64,000 bases of DNA from a virus, in the IMG/VR virus record IMGVR_UViG_3300012178_000001, positions 28,495-92,494 of that record. One strand, 5' to 3'. Within the stretch, counting starts at the first letter, position 1; every line of letters starts with the position of its first letter. A program made the translations under genes and the position numbers. This document shows positions 10,010-20,353 of this stretch, one piece after another. The notes under the pieces are model-generated. The model was given only the letters and a program-made list of their open reading frames with translations, was not told the DNA's origin and searched no databases.

Positions 10010-10881
10010 TGATTATACAAAGTGTCTCAATAGTAGTTCCAGCAACAAACTGTATAAATAAATGTAAATTTTGTGTAGCACGAACAAACCACGATAATTC
10101 AGTTGATAACTTTATAACATATAATAATATGTATTTTAGTCTATATTATAAACAGTATAAAGATAGACTAGAATATAGCAGGGATAACGGATGTAATTCA
10201 ATTATATTAACTGGTGATTGTGAGCCACAACAGAATAAACAATTCTTAATGCTATTTGGTATAATGAATGATAGTTTATCTAAACCATATAGACATATTG
10301 AAATGCAAACTACAGGTACATTAATTGATGATGACTACTTATTCTTCCTAAGACACACTGTAGGTGTTACTACTATGAGCTTAAGCATATCTAGTTTAGA
10401 TAGAGATAAAAATAATGAAATAATTGCACCTGCTAAGACAATCAATGCTGAGTACTTATCTAGCAGAATTAAGAAATATCAATTTGTACTAAGGGTATCT
10501 ATAAACTTATCGAAACATACATTCGATACTGATAATTATGAAGAAATATTCAACAATATTAAAGAGAAATATAATGCTGACCAGGTAACTTTTAGAGTGC
10601 TTTATGATGGAGGTAGTGACATGCCACAGGATGTATGGGTACGTGAGAATAGGATATCTGATGAGTTCGTAGAGGGTTTAAATAAGTATATAAAGGACAA
10701 TGGTGAGTTTTTAGGTAAGTTAGAATTTGGTGCAGATAAATATTCAATTCATGGAATGACAACTGTAGTGGATGATGACTGTATGTCTACTACTGGGAAA
10801 GAAGCTATTAAGTTTGCTATAATCTATCCTAACTGTAGAATGTATTCCAGGTGGGGAGACTTTGGTAGTCTAATACTTTAA
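10009..10881 (+). CDS. Radical SAM protein
   Basis: CINKCKFC (CxxxCxxC), ILTGDCEP, QTTG motifs. Confidence 0.88.
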   Translation: MIIQSVSIVVPATNCINKCKFCVARTNHDNSVDNFITYNNMYFSLYYKQYKDRLEYSRDNGCNSIILTGDCEPQQNKQFLMLFGIMNDSLSKPYRHIEMQTTGTLIDDDYLFFLRHTVGVTTMSLSISSLDRDKNNEIIAPAKTINAEYLSSRIKKYQFVLRVSINLSKHTFDTDNYEEIFNNIKEKYNADQVTFRVLYDGGSDMPQDVWVRENRISDEFVEGLNKYIKDNGEFLGKLEFGADKYSIHGMTTVVDDDCMSTTGKEAIKFAIIYPNCRMYSRWGDFGSLIL

Positions 10882-10937
10882 ATAAATAAAAATAACAAGG
10901 TATTAATGTAACTCCAATGAAAAAGTGAGGTGACTAT

Positions 10938-11279
10938 ATTAAGACTAAGCGTGAGATTAAAGAAAATTTAGAATTATCTCTATCATTTTATATAGGAGAT
11001 AACTTTATAATTCGTGATGATGATGGTATGTTAACAATCAAATTTATATATGGTTTCTTATTTAAACTAAGTCAATTAAAAGAAGCTATAGAAATCATAA
11101 ATTTAGATAATATCCACTTATCATATAATGGTGAGTATCTAATAGATATTATTAATGATGACCCAGAACGTGTAGATGAAATAGTAGTGTATGACCATAA
11201 TCACAGATTTGTGGTACACTATAAACCTAATGTGTATGATATATTTAAGGAGTGTGTAATTAATGGGTACAATGATTGA
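10938..11279 (+). CDS. Hypothetical protein; probable ATT start at 10938 (ORF track ATG 11028)
   Basis: SD GAGGTGA then an in-frame ATT open to 11028. Confidence 0.55.
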   Translation: MKTKREIKENLELSLSFYIGDNFIIRDDDGMLTIKFIYGFLFKLSQLKEAIEIINLDNIHLSYNGEYLIDIINDDPERVDEIVVYDHNHRFVVHYKPNVYDIFKECVINGYND

Positions 11280-12039
11280 GGTAGATATAACATTTAATTT
11301 GGAGTATATTAATTTCTTAGAAGAATTGGGAATTCCATTTAGAGAAAAAAAGATAAACTATAAAATAAGAGACGGGAATAAGCACCGACTCACTTATAAT
11401 GGTTGTTTACTAGAAAAAGACATGGTAGATAATCTAATAGACTCTAGTGAAAATGGGATACACAAAATTGAGAAAGTTAGAGATATTGATTCACCAGTAT
11501 ATAAAGTCTATTCAGATGGGGGCTCATTTAATAATGGTAAGAAAGATAGTAGCTTACCAACATTTGGAAGCTTTGCATACTATTGCGTTGATAATCATGA
11601 TGAAGAATTATTAAATGACTATCATGGATATGAAGGTGACACTAATAATATGGGTGAGTTAAAAGGTTGTCTATTTGGAGTAGAGAAACTGACTGAATAT
11701 ATCTATGACAATAAGATGGGTGATAATGAACCTATTAATATTGTTTTAATTTCTGACAGTCAGTATGTAATTCAAGGTATTAATACGTACATTGAAGGTT
11801 GGATAAAACGAGGTTGGAAGAATAATGCAGGAAAACCAACTCCGAATAAAGGACTATGGAAGAATCTTTATGATAACTTCTTAACTAACGAAGAATATAA
11901 TATTTACACTAAATGGGTACGTGGTCACACTGAGAATGATGGAAATGATTACAAGTATAATGACTTATGTGATTATAATTGTAATTTAGTTATTAATGAA
12001 TGGTTGGAAACAAAAGGTTTACCATTAAGAGATATTTAA
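11263..12039 (+). CDS. rnhA: Ribonuclease HI with N-terminal extension
   Basis: YSDGG, TNNMGEL, SDSQYV..GI..GW..RGW, WVRGH, NDLCD. Confidence 0.93.
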   Translation: MGTMIEVDITFNLEYINFLEELGIPFREKKINYKIRDGNKHRLTYNGCLLEKDMVDNLIDSSENGIHKIEKVRDIDSPVYKVYSDGGSFNNGKKDSSLPTFGSFAYYCVDNHDEELLNDYHGYEGDTNNMGELKGCLFGVEKLTEYIYDNKMGDNEPINIVLISDSQYVIQGINTYIEGWIKRGWKNNAGKPTPNKGLWKNLYDNFLTNEEYNIYTKWVRGHTENDGNDYKYNDLCDYNCNLVINEWLETKGLPLRDI

Positions 12040-12062
12040 TAAATTAGAGGAGATGATTTATA

Positions 12063-12809
12063 ATGGAATGGGTTAAAAGAAAAGAAGGAAAATTTGGTGC
12101 AGATACTAATATAATCGACAAGAAGATAAAAGATACTGTATTTCACATTGGTACATTACGTGTTGAAGAAGCTAAAGCAGTATCTAAAGAAAGAGCGAAC
12201 AGAAAGAATAAGGCTATTTCTAAACAACTTACTGTTCTTTCTAATTTGGAAAAGGAAAAAGAGAGTTCTAAGAATACAATACTTGTAATCTCTGGACCAA
12301 GCGGTTGCGGTAAGAGTTACTTAGTACAAAGTTTAGTAAATAATAGACCTGACTTATTCCATAATCTCCCTCAGGCTACATCTAGAGAAAGAAGACACCC
12401 AGATGAAAATGGGTATCTTTTTTTGCAACCACAAACATTTAGTAGGATAAGGGAGACACTTATTGGAAGAACTTCTCATAATGATAACCACTATGGAACA
12501 TTCCCTGACTTCAAGGATAATTTCATCAATACTATTATCTTATCAAAAGGTGGTTTAGAAGATTTATATAATTGCCTTGATGATGAAAAAATATATGCTA
12601 ATGTAATTGTACTAGGGATTGATGCTAATATGGATATAATTCCTGATAGTGCTAAGAGAGAAGGAAGAGATAAAGACTTTTTAGAAAGAGAAAGACGTGT
12701 GTTAGACATGGCACATTATGTATATGAAAGAAAGGATGAAACAGATTATCCAACAGTTGAAAGTGTAGTAGAATTATTATCTAACTTATCATCTGATTAT
12801 ATATTATAA
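12063..12809 (+). CDS. Guanylate kinase-like P-loop NMP kinase
   Basis: ISGPSGCGKS, TSRERR..E.GY.F, NHYGT. Confidence 0.8.
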   Translation: MEWVKRKEGKFGADTNIIDKKIKDTVFHIGTLRVEEAKAVSKERANRKNKAISKQLTVLSNLEKEKESSKNTILVISGPSGCGKSYLVQSLVNNRPDLFHNLPQATSRERRHPDENGYLFLQPQTFSRIRETLIGRTSHNDNHYGTFPDFKDNFINTIILSKGGLEDLYNCLDDEKIYANVIVLGIDANMDIIPDSAKREGRDKDFLERERRVLDMAHYVYERKDETDYPTVESVVELLSNLSSDYIL

Positions 12810-12816
12810 CAGTGAG

Positions 12817-13641
12817 GTGTTTATTATGATAAAATATATTAAAGAAAGATGGATAGTATACCTTTTGGTATTACTATCCATTTTCCAAATCGCATTCTTA
12901 ATGAGGTCTGGACAAGTGGAGTATTCAGTCAAGGAACATAAAATTGAAACTGAGAATAGTTTTAGTGGTGTATCAGAGGGTATGAAAAAATTAGATAATT
13001 CAATAAAAGAATTAGAAGGGGAGGTTAAAGAACTTCAGGAAGTCAACGATGAGTTAGGTTATAAAATTGGTGAGACTAGAAAAATGGTATTAGGTGTATA
13101 CAAAACTACTGGTAAATTATTACTAGATACGATACCGATAGAAGAAAAGTTATACATGAATTCAGAGTTAACACCTGAAACAATCAAATCAACTAATGTG
13201 TACTTAGGAGAACCATCCTATTATACTGCTAAAGAATTAAATCTATTCTTATTAGGTACAAGTATGAGTGGAATGGGTAGTACATTTGTTGAAGCTGAAA
13301 TTAGATATGGTGTGAATTCAGCAGTATTAATGTCAATAGCTATACATGAATCTGGTTGGGGTAATTCTCAAATAGCACTACTTAAGAATAATCTATTTGG
13401 TTTTAAGGCATATGATGATAGTCCATTTGCCAGTGCTGAAGATTTTGAGACATCACGAAAAGGTATAATGTTAGTAGCACGAAATCTTAAAAAGGAATAT
13501 ATATTAGAAAGTGGTAGTTATTATAGAAACAATGCATCATTATATGATATGAATTATTATTATGCTTCTGATAAATTATGGAGTTTCAAAATAACTAATA
13601 CACTTAAAAAATTTATGGAGAGTGTGGAAGAGAGGAATTAA
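12817..13641 (+). CDS. Membrane-anchored GH73 glucosaminidase (cell-wall hydrolase)
   Basis: TM helix and coiled coil; AIHESGWG, KNNLFG, YASDKLW. Confidence 0.88.
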   Translation: MFIMIKYIKERWIVYLLVLLSIFQIAFLMRSGQVEYSVKEHKIETENSFSGVSEGMKKLDNSIKELEGEVKELQEVNDELGYKIGETRKMVLGVYKTTGKLLLDTIPIEEKLYMNSELTPETIKSTNVYLGEPSYYTAKELNLFLLGTSMSGMGSTFVEAEIRYGVNSAVLMSIAIHESGWGNSQIALLKNNLFGFKAYDDSPFASAEDFETSRKGIMLVARNLKKEYILESGSYYRNNASLYDMNYYYASDKLWSFKITNTLKKFMESVEERN

Positions 13642-13643
13642 TT

Positions 13644-13898
13644 ATGAAAAGAGTGTTTATCAAACATTTTTATTTCATTATGGTATTTTTATGTGTTGGA
13701 ATTGGGGCATTTATTTACATGTTAGTTTTACTGCCTGATGAACTCATTACTAAAAATTTACAGTATGCATCAATGGCTCTTACTATTGCAATGACTACAA
13801 TAGCATCAAATAGCTTTGAAGATAAATACAGAACCATGCATATTGAAGATATGGAGAAAGAAGACCATTATATGGATATTGAGGATAGACTTTTATGA
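13644..13898 (+). CDS. Small two-TM membrane protein
   Basis: Two hydrophobic segments; ATGA coupling. Confidence 0.6.
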   Translation: MKRVFIKHFYFIMVFLCVGIGAFIYMLVLLPDELITKNLQYASMALTIAMTTIASNSFEDKYRTMHIEDMEKEDHYMDIEDRLL

Positions 13899-14674
13899 GC
13901 AATATAATACAAAAACATAATTATACAAATAAATATATTCAACACTTAAAGAATACAACTATAAGGGAATATGATATTGAAGATGGTGGATTTAGTATTC
14001 TTAAATATAAAGAGTTACTACCTAAAGAATTCGAAAATTATCTAAGTTCCATACCTAAACAACAACGTCATAGAGAAGTAGGTAAGTATGTATCTAAACA
14101 TAGAGATATTTCTATAGAACTTATAGAAGGGTTTAAAGATGTTAGAGAACGCTTTTATGAGTTAAATGAACTTGATGATAGTGATATCTTATCAATTAAA
14201 AAGGATGCTATATTCTTGATTGATAAGAAGGTTGAGATAGAAGAATTTAATACGTTTAATTTTAGAATGAAAAATAAATACTCATCATATATAAATCTAA
14301 GTGGTATTGAATTTTATTATTCTACTTGGAATGATACTCTAGATATAAAGGGAATATCGGGTGAAGTATTAGAATTTCATAAAGATTATATGATTGATGC
14401 TATTAAAGATGTTATAAAATTATCTGAAAGCATGGACAAAAGGAATATACTTAAGATCTTAAGAAGATTTAGAGGTGAATATATAAATTTAAACTTACCA
14501 GTAGAGTTTTATAAGGAACTATCATCAAATAGCTTCTATAGATATAAGAATGATTTACAGTTAGGTGATAGGAAGTTTGGAACAGATGTAGCATCTGATG
14601 ATATGAGAGAACTATTGAATATTAACTACAACTATATCAACTTTATTCTACCATTGATAAATATAATAATATAG
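13895..14674 (+). CDS. Divergent family-B DNA polymerase palm-like protein
   Basis: IREYDIEDGGFSIL (motif A-like), ILSIKKDAIF (motif C-like), LDIKGI. Confidence 0.55.
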   Translation: MSNIIQKHNYTNKYIQHLKNTTIREYDIEDGGFSILKYKELLPKEFENYLSSIPKQQRHREVGKYVSKHRDISIELIEGFKDVRERFYELNELDDSDILSIKKDAIFLIDKKVEIEEFNTFNFRMKNKYSSYINLSGIEFYYSTWNDTLDIKGISGEVLEFHKDYMIDAIKDVIKLSESMDKRNILKILRRFRGEYINLNLPVEFYKELSSNSFYRYKNDLQLGDRKFGTDVASDDMRELLNINYNYINFILPLINIII

Positions 14675-14739
14675 ATATTTAAATAAATAAAGTTAACTAA
14701 TTATTATAGAGATAATAGAAATTTAAGAAAGGTGATAAA

Positions 14740-15111
14740 ATGAAAAGTAATGAAAAAGAATTATTAGAAGGAAATGTAGATAAGTTAAAGAACTTAGACA
14801 CAAGTAATTTAAGCTTAGAAGATGACTTTGGCAACTTACGTATATTCCATAATCCAGATGAAGCACTAGTAATAGCAGGTAGACTTCAAAAACAGAATGA
14901 AGATATCTTATATTGTGAACTCAACTCAGGTTATTCATTAGAGCATGGAGAATTTATTACAATTAATCCAGTCTATAGAAAAAATAAAAAACAAAGGTTA
15001 AAAGAATTTCCTGAACTTACTCTAAAGGCTGTATGGGTACAAATGCTAGAGGAAGCAAAATTGTTAGAAGAAAAATTAGAAGAATTGAATGGGGATGATA
15101 AAAATGATTAA
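14740..15111 (+). CDS. Hypothetical protein
   Basis: ORF with SD AAAGGTGA. Confidence 0.7.
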   Translation: MKSNEKELLEGNVDKLKNLDTSNLSLEDDFGNLRIFHNPDEALVIAGRLQKQNEDILYCELNSGYSLEHGEFITINPVYRKNKKQRLKEFPELTLKAVWVQMLEEAKLLEEKLEELNGDDKND

Positions 15112-15418
15112 CGTTACAGAAGAAGTGCTAGATGGAATGATTACAGAAGTTGAGGCAAGAATAGAGAATGCAAGAGAGAAATATCAAAATAATGCTGATA
15201 TGATTGAAGCTATTAGAAATGATGCTGAAAAGAGAATTAGTGAGCTATCACAAGCTAATACTAATCTTAATAATAGTTTCATTCACTTAAATGGTCAGTT
15301 AGAATTATTAATTTCAATGAAAGATAATGATGACAAGGTTAGTGAAGAACCAACACCTTCAATTGATGAAGATATTAATGATACTGGAGAGCCTACAAAA
15401 GAAGCTGAGAGTAAATAA
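15089..15418 (+). CDS. Acidic coiled-coil protein (start probably ATG 15104)
   Basis: Heptad pattern; followed by a terminator. Confidence 0.7.
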   Translation: MGMIKMINVTEEVLDGMITEVEARIENAREKYQNNADMIEAIRNDAEKRISELSQANTNLNNSFIHLNGQLELLISMKDNDDKVSEEPTPSIDEDINDTGEPTKEAESK

Positions 15419-15428
15419 TAATTAAATT

Positions 15429-15467
15429 GAACTAATATCCTTTCGGGTATTAGTTCTTTTTTTTTTC
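15429..15467 (+). terminator. Rho-independent terminator
   Basis: gaactaatatcc-tttc-gggtattagttc plus T-run. Confidence 0.85.
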
Positions 15468-15489
15468 GTAAATAATGGCATTCTACTTA

Positions 15490-15497
15490 TATATTAT
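15490..15497 (+). promoter_or_regulatory. Early-type promoter motif TATATTAT
   Basis: Follows a terminator and precedes the SLT gene. Confidence 0.45.
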
Positions 15498-15548
15498 AAT
15501 AATGATAAAATAAATATAAGTCATTATAAACTATAAAGGAGTGTTATT

Positions 15549-16253
15549 ATGAAATTTACAAAAAGAGATTGGTTAGTAGTTGGATTAGTAATTGTTGTAT
15601 TATCAGTATCAATAAATATAATAAGTAATATACAAGAAAAGAAGATACTAGAAAATGGTAGAGTATTAAGTAATAGTAGAACTAGTGAACAACCTATATT
15701 TGCCATTGGTAATAATAGTAATGTTGAAGAAGATGAAGTGGAAGAAATTATCGTTGAAATAAGTTCTAGAAGTTATTATGAAAGTTATATTAAGTCTCAT
15801 AGTAATATATCAGATAGTGAATTAAAAGAATTATTAGATTCTATAGACTCAGTATATAATATGTATAATAAAAATATTCCTAAGTCTTTAATTTTATCTA
15901 TAATTCAAACAGAAACAGACTTTAGAAATATATATTCAACTTTTGAGAGTGAAGACAGTGCTGGATTTGTACAAATGCAATCATCAACAATAAACTATTT
16001 ATATAATACCGTTCACGGACTACCAAGGATAAATTCACAAGATGAGTTTATAAATAATATTGATGCACAAATAAAGTACATCTTTGCATATATCAATGTG
16101 TCAAATGAAAAGTATGGTAGTCTACCCGACTGTGTTATATCATCATATAATACTGGACTATATGCAAATTTTATTAATGAGACATATGTTAATGAGACAT
16201 TACAACATAAATCTAAATTAGAAAAGCATATGAGTGTAGCATTAAATAGATAA
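15549..16253 (+). CDS. Lytic transglycosylase (SLT family), N-terminal membrane anchor
   Basis: IIQTETDF (catalytic E), SAGFVQM, SYNTG. Confidence 0.82.
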   Translation: MKFTKRDWLVVGLVIVVLSVSINIISNIQEKKILENGRVLSNSRTSEQPIFAIGNNSNVEEDEVEEIIVEISSRSYYESYIKSHSNISDSELKELLDSIDSVYNMYNKNIPKSLILSIIQTETDFRNIYSTFESEDSAGFVQMQSSTINYLYNTVHGLPRINSQDEFINNIDAQIKYIFAYINVSNEKYGSLPDCVISSYNTGLYANFINETYVNETLQHKSKLEKHMSVALNR

Positions 16254-16281
16254 AGAAATTAATCTTTATCTATTTTTTTTT
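16246..16281. terminator. Bidirectional terminator overlapping convergent stop codons
   Basis: atagataaaga-aattaa-tctttatctat plus T-run. Confidence 0.6.
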
Positions 16282-16968
16282 TGACTTGCTATAATCAATA
16301 AGACTAATGGGTTCTAGCTTACTATTAGTTTGAATATCAATATCAAGAAATCCATTATCTGTACTATCATCAGTTGTAGACATTTCTACTAACTTATTAA
16401 ATTTTTTTATATCTGATAAACTTATATCCTTTAAATATGACTTTACAAATTTACTGATGTTTCCAAATATCTGCTTTAAGTTTATGAATAGATCTCCTTG
16501 GTGAGCTAACTCATGAGATGTAATTGATAATGGAACTACACCCACCATATGTTGAAAATGTAAATCCATAACTTCTTGTGCCACTAATAACGTACTGACC
16601 TTTTCTTTATTATTTAAACGTTTTTTAAGTACTATGGTTACTATATCATATAGGCTAAATGGATAATGATGGAACTCTATTGATGCCATATCATCATCTA
16701 CTTTCCCCATTACAGCACAGAAATCTAATTGATAATCTTCTTTTAGAATAGAAAGATATTCTCTATAAGGCTGTGATTGTCTTACTATTGACTCTACTTT
16801 CTTTACGAATCTCTTAAATTCTTTTGCATCATATATAGAAGTTGTATAATATGAACTAGCAAATATATCATCTTTTGATTTACCTATAGATAGATTTTCA
16901 TCCTTATCTACAGTAGTTATATCAACTATATTGTTGTTACTTGGTATTTTACTCTTATCTATTGCCAT
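16270..16968 (-). CDS. HNH-like protein, paralog of 8802-9515
   Basis: IEFHHYPFSLYD...VVPLSITSHELAH. Confidence 0.6.
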   Translation of the reverse strand: MAIDKSKIPSNNNIVDITTVDKDENLSIGKSKDDIFASSYYTTSIYDAKEFKRFVKKVESIVRQSQPYREYLSILKEDYQLDFCAVMGKVDDDMASIEFHHYPFSLYDIVTIVLKKRLNNKEKVSTLLVAQEVMDLHFQHMVGVVPLSITSHELAHQGDLFINLKQIFGNISKFVKSYLKDISLSDIKKFNKLVEMSTTDDSTDNGFLDIDIQTNSKLEPISLIDYSKSKKK

Positions 16969-17003
16969 AACTGACCTCCTAAGTGTAATTCTTATTCACA
17001 TGT

Positions 17004-17060
17004 TAATTAAATGTTAATGTTGAGTTTTGTTATTTTTATTTTAATGTGAACATTTTAATA
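17004..17060. promoter_or_regulatory. Divergent pair of late-type promoters (- strand 17004-17015; + strand 17049-17060)
   Basis: AACATTTAATTA on - and AACATTTTAATA on +. Confidence 0.6.
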
Positions 17061-17093
17061 ATAGTGTTAATTGAAAGGAAGGAGTTGTATACT

Positions 17094-19592
17094 TTGTCTG
17101 AATATTTAATAGACGATAATAAGAGTGAAATAAAAGAATTAATAAATTTCTGTTCAAACATAGTTATAAAAAGAGAAGATAAGGCTGAAGAAAAAGAAAC
17201 ATTTGAAAGTTCTAAGAAAGCATATACATTGATTGATGCAATTCTTAAAACAGATTCAATAGATTCATATAACATATCAGAAGAAGACTTGTTAGAACCT
17301 GAATTAAATACTAAGTCAATGATGATGGGTGTTAGACTAGATTTTAGGAAATATAAATTTGATACATTGTCTAGGAAGCAGTTAGATGTATTATTAGAGT
17401 TCAAGAGATTTCAGGTATACTCAGTATTTATGGAATATGGTGATGCAAATGAGTATTATAATAATATTTATAATGAATATATTAAAGGTCCAGATACTCT
17501 AATATATGATACATTTAAGGAATTTGTAGAGGGTACAAGATACTGTTTTTTTGTAGATGCAAGGTTAGCTAAGAACTATTCTATATTGTATAATGATGGG
17601 AGTCTAAATAACTATCAAATATCTCAATTTATGAAATCATATAACTTTGCAAGAACATACTTTAGTAGAGTACTTTATAATAATGCATTTGATGAGAATA
17701 ACCCAATGTATACTAATTTTGCATCATTGGTTATAGTATTTATAGCCATTCAATACTACATGGATGATAGGTTAAAATATTCATCTGATGTTAATCTTAT
17801 GACATTATATGATATTAAAAACTTATTTATATCATATGGTCTTGACTACTTTTCAGATATGTCAATGAGATACCAAAAAAGTATACTTAAAAATATAAAT
17901 TCATTACTACAAGATAAAGGTACTTCAAAGGCTATAACGAGCATTCTAAATATCTTTGGATTTGATAATGTTGAGATATTTAAGTACGTATTAACTAAAG
18001 ATTATGACCGTGATGTTGATGGTAATATAATAATAAATAATCCTAAGCTAGAGTTTGTAAAGATACCTTACGATAGTACTAATATTCAGAAAGATATACT
18101 AAAGAATTCTGAAAGATTTGACTATGATACATTTGTTACTGATGATAAGTACTGGCAGATAACAGAAGAAGAAAAACAGACACTATTAACCTCAGAGTTT
18201 AACTATATTGAAACTAAATATTTAAGTATTGATAGCACGCTTAATATTATCAAGAATACATTGGATTTATCATACTTCTATGGACTGCTTAAAGATATGA
18301 AACAGAATGGAAACTTAGAAGATGTTACTTTTTTTGATAATCAAATATCAGATAACCGTGTAAATATATTTGATTCTATAACTGGTTTAAAGGTATTATT
18401 ACTTCAAAAGTTAGGATATGTAGATAATATAATAACTAACAATAATTCTATTTCATATATTTATGAATACAATTATGATAAGATACTAGGATCTATAACT
18501 TTACGTGACTATTCAACTATAAATCCGACATTAAGTGGTACTCTAGATGAAGAAACTATAAATAAATATCGTGACAGTTTTTTATCGGAGTTAATAGAAG
18601 ATAAGGTATTCACTAAAAGTGAATTAATTGACTTATTTGTAAATAACAAGGATATGATGAGTCAATTAGGGGATATGATAATCAATACTGGAGATTATGA
18701 CACGTATAGGGAACTTAGAACATTATATGACTTATCTGCTAAATCTGAGGTAAATAATGATAATTTTATAAAAGAAGTTGTAGGTGGAGAACCTGTATAT
18801 TATTCTACATTTAGTGAATATTTCTTAACTGTTGATTCTTCATTCCATGAGTTTTTATATCCAGGTCAAGACACTACTGAGGAGGTATATAATCAAAAGA
18901 TACTATTGCTTAGTAATACTATTAATAGATATCTAAACACTGATGCTATTGAACTGATAGAGAATAACAATACAATATCTCTAAATTATGTTAAAAACTA
19001 CATGCTTAGACTTATTGACCTATTCAGATCATATACAGTAACTGTAAAGGAGTTAACTACTAATTATGTATTTGATAGTAAGCTACTAAATGCTATCAGA
19101 ATATTTGATGAAGGTACACCTTTAATAACCTTGGGTCATCCTGAGTTTAATGATATGTATGATAATACTATGCATGAAAATAATATTTCTAGTGTAGATA
19201 TAAATCTTAAGGAACTAAGTGATATGATGTTAGCAGTAACTACAATGTTTCCTAAGATTAATTTGAATATAATTGAAGATTGGAATAATGAAACATATGT
19301 TGAATTTAAGAATAGTGAAGAATATATTAAATTTGTTGAAGATAAATTATACGATATAGGATTATTTGATGAAGATGGTATGACGTTGCTTGAAAAATTT
19401 GATTCATTAACTAACTCAATAACTTATGAACAAATATTAGAACTTAAAGAATTATTCCCTAGTGTAATTAAAGTCCTTAATTCATCTTTACTGGGAGAAT
19501 TAAATGATAAATTGGGAAGTGAACAAAAAATTAATATACTTGCAAATATGATGAAGATGAGCGAAAGCTTTAAATTGACTACTACTGAATAG
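17094..19592 (+). CDS. Baseplate wedge-like structural protein (TTG start at 17094; ORF track 17046)
   Basis: 'LKNINSLLQDKGTSKAITSILNIFGF' matches the KGT..ai motif of P2 gpI/T4 gp7-type wedge proteins; SD AAGGAG precedes TTG. Confidence 0.6.
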   Translation: MSEYLIDDNKSEIKELINFCSNIVIKREDKAEEKETFESSKKAYTLIDAILKTDSIDSYNISEEDLLEPELNTKSMMMGVRLDFRKYKFDTLSRKQLDVLLEFKRFQVYSVFMEYGDANEYYNNIYNEYIKGPDTLIYDTFKEFVEGTRYCFFVDARLAKNYSILYNDGSLNNYQISQFMKSYNFARTYFSRVLYNNAFDENNPMYTNFASLVIVFIAIQYYMDDRLKYSSDVNLMTLYDIKNLFISYGLDYFSDMSMRYQKSILKNINSLLQDKGTSKAITSILNIFGFDNVEIFKYVLTKDYDRDVDGNIIINNPKLEFVKIPYDSTNIQKDILKNSERFDYDTFVTDDKYWQITEEEKQTLLTSEFNYIETKYLSIDSTLNIIKNTLDLSYFYGLLKDMKQNGNLEDVTFFDNQISDNRVNIFDSITGLKVLLLQKLGYVDNIITNNNSISYIYEYNYDKILGSITLRDYSTINPTLSGTLDEETINKYRDSFLSELIEDKVFTKSELIDLFVNNKDMMSQLGDMIINTGDYDTYRELRTLYDLSAKSEVNNDNFIKEVVGGEPVYYSTFSEYFLTVDSSFHEFLYPGQDTTEEVYNQKILLLSNTINRYLNTDAIELIENNNTISLNYVKNYMLRLIDLFRSYTVTVKELTTNYVFDSKLLNAIRIFDEGTPLITLGHPEFNDMYDNTMHENNISSVDINLKELSDMMLAVTTMFPKINLNIIEDWNNETYVEFKNSEEYIKFVEDKLYDIGLFDEDGMTLLEKFDSLTNSITYEQILELKELFPSVIKVLNSSLLGELNDKLGSEQKINILANMMKMSESFKLTTTE

Positions 19593-19612
19593 AATGAAAG
19601 GGGACACATAAA

Positions 19613-20353
19613 ATGAAGAAAGTTTTTAAAGATGATTATAATAGTATAAACGAGGAAATGAGTATGGATAGTGTTAGCAAGCCATCAATTAGGGGTAAAG
19701 TAAGGTTTCTAGATGATGAAGGTAATGTTATTCTAGAAAAAGATAACTTAATAGTATTACGTGGACGTGTATTTGCACTAGAAAAATTATTTAATGATAT
19801 GAATACTGAAGGTTCTTATGTAACAAATAATAATCGTGAGTTAATATTATTTAAAATAGGTACTGGTGGTGCACCTGAGAATGATCCATTCCAGCCATAT
19901 ACACCAAGCTTTGATGACACTGATTTAGCTAGTCCAATTCCATTCAAAGTTGTTGATGCGAATGATACTAATACAACCTTAACAACTGAGGAACAAGATA
20001 TTTATTATGACTCTAAATTGAATGAAATTGATACTACTTTAACTGAGTTTTATTGTAAAAGATTTGATGTTATTGATCCTGTATGGAATATTGATACTGT
20101 TAATAATGAGGTTTATAAGAAAATGATTTTAAAGATAAATACTACAGACTTTAGAACAGTACCAACGGGAAATCCAGAACAACCTTATACAAGAGATGCA
20201 AATATAAATGAATTAGGTTTATACTTTGCTTCTTATAATGATACTACTAATGAAATGGAAGACATTGAAATGTTTAGTAGATTAACATTCTCAACTGAGC
20301 CATTAACAAACTTAAGTAAGACAGTTACAATTGAATATTATATCTTTGGTTAA
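19613..20353 (+). CDS. Baseplate / tail-fibre attachment protein (P2 gpH N-terminal-like)
   Basis: NLIVLRGR, IGTGG, INELGLY, MFSRLTF...TIEYYIF. Confidence 0.65.
   Translation: MKKVFKDDYNSINEEMSMDSVSKPSIRGKVRFLDDEGNVILEKDNLIVLRGRVFALEKLFNDMNTEGSYVTNNNRELILFKIGTGGAPENDPFQPYTPSFDDTDLASPIPFKVVDANDTNTTLTTEEQDIYYDSKLNEIDTTLTEFYCKRFDVIDPVWNIDTVNNEVYKKMILKINTTDFRTVPTGNPEQPYTRDANINELGLYFASYNDTTNEMEDIEMFSRLTFSTEPLTNLSKTVTIEYYIFG

Noticed and set aside
17046-17093. GTG start at 17046 for the baseplate gene
   Set aside because: It overlaps the late promoter motif; the SD supports TTG at 17094
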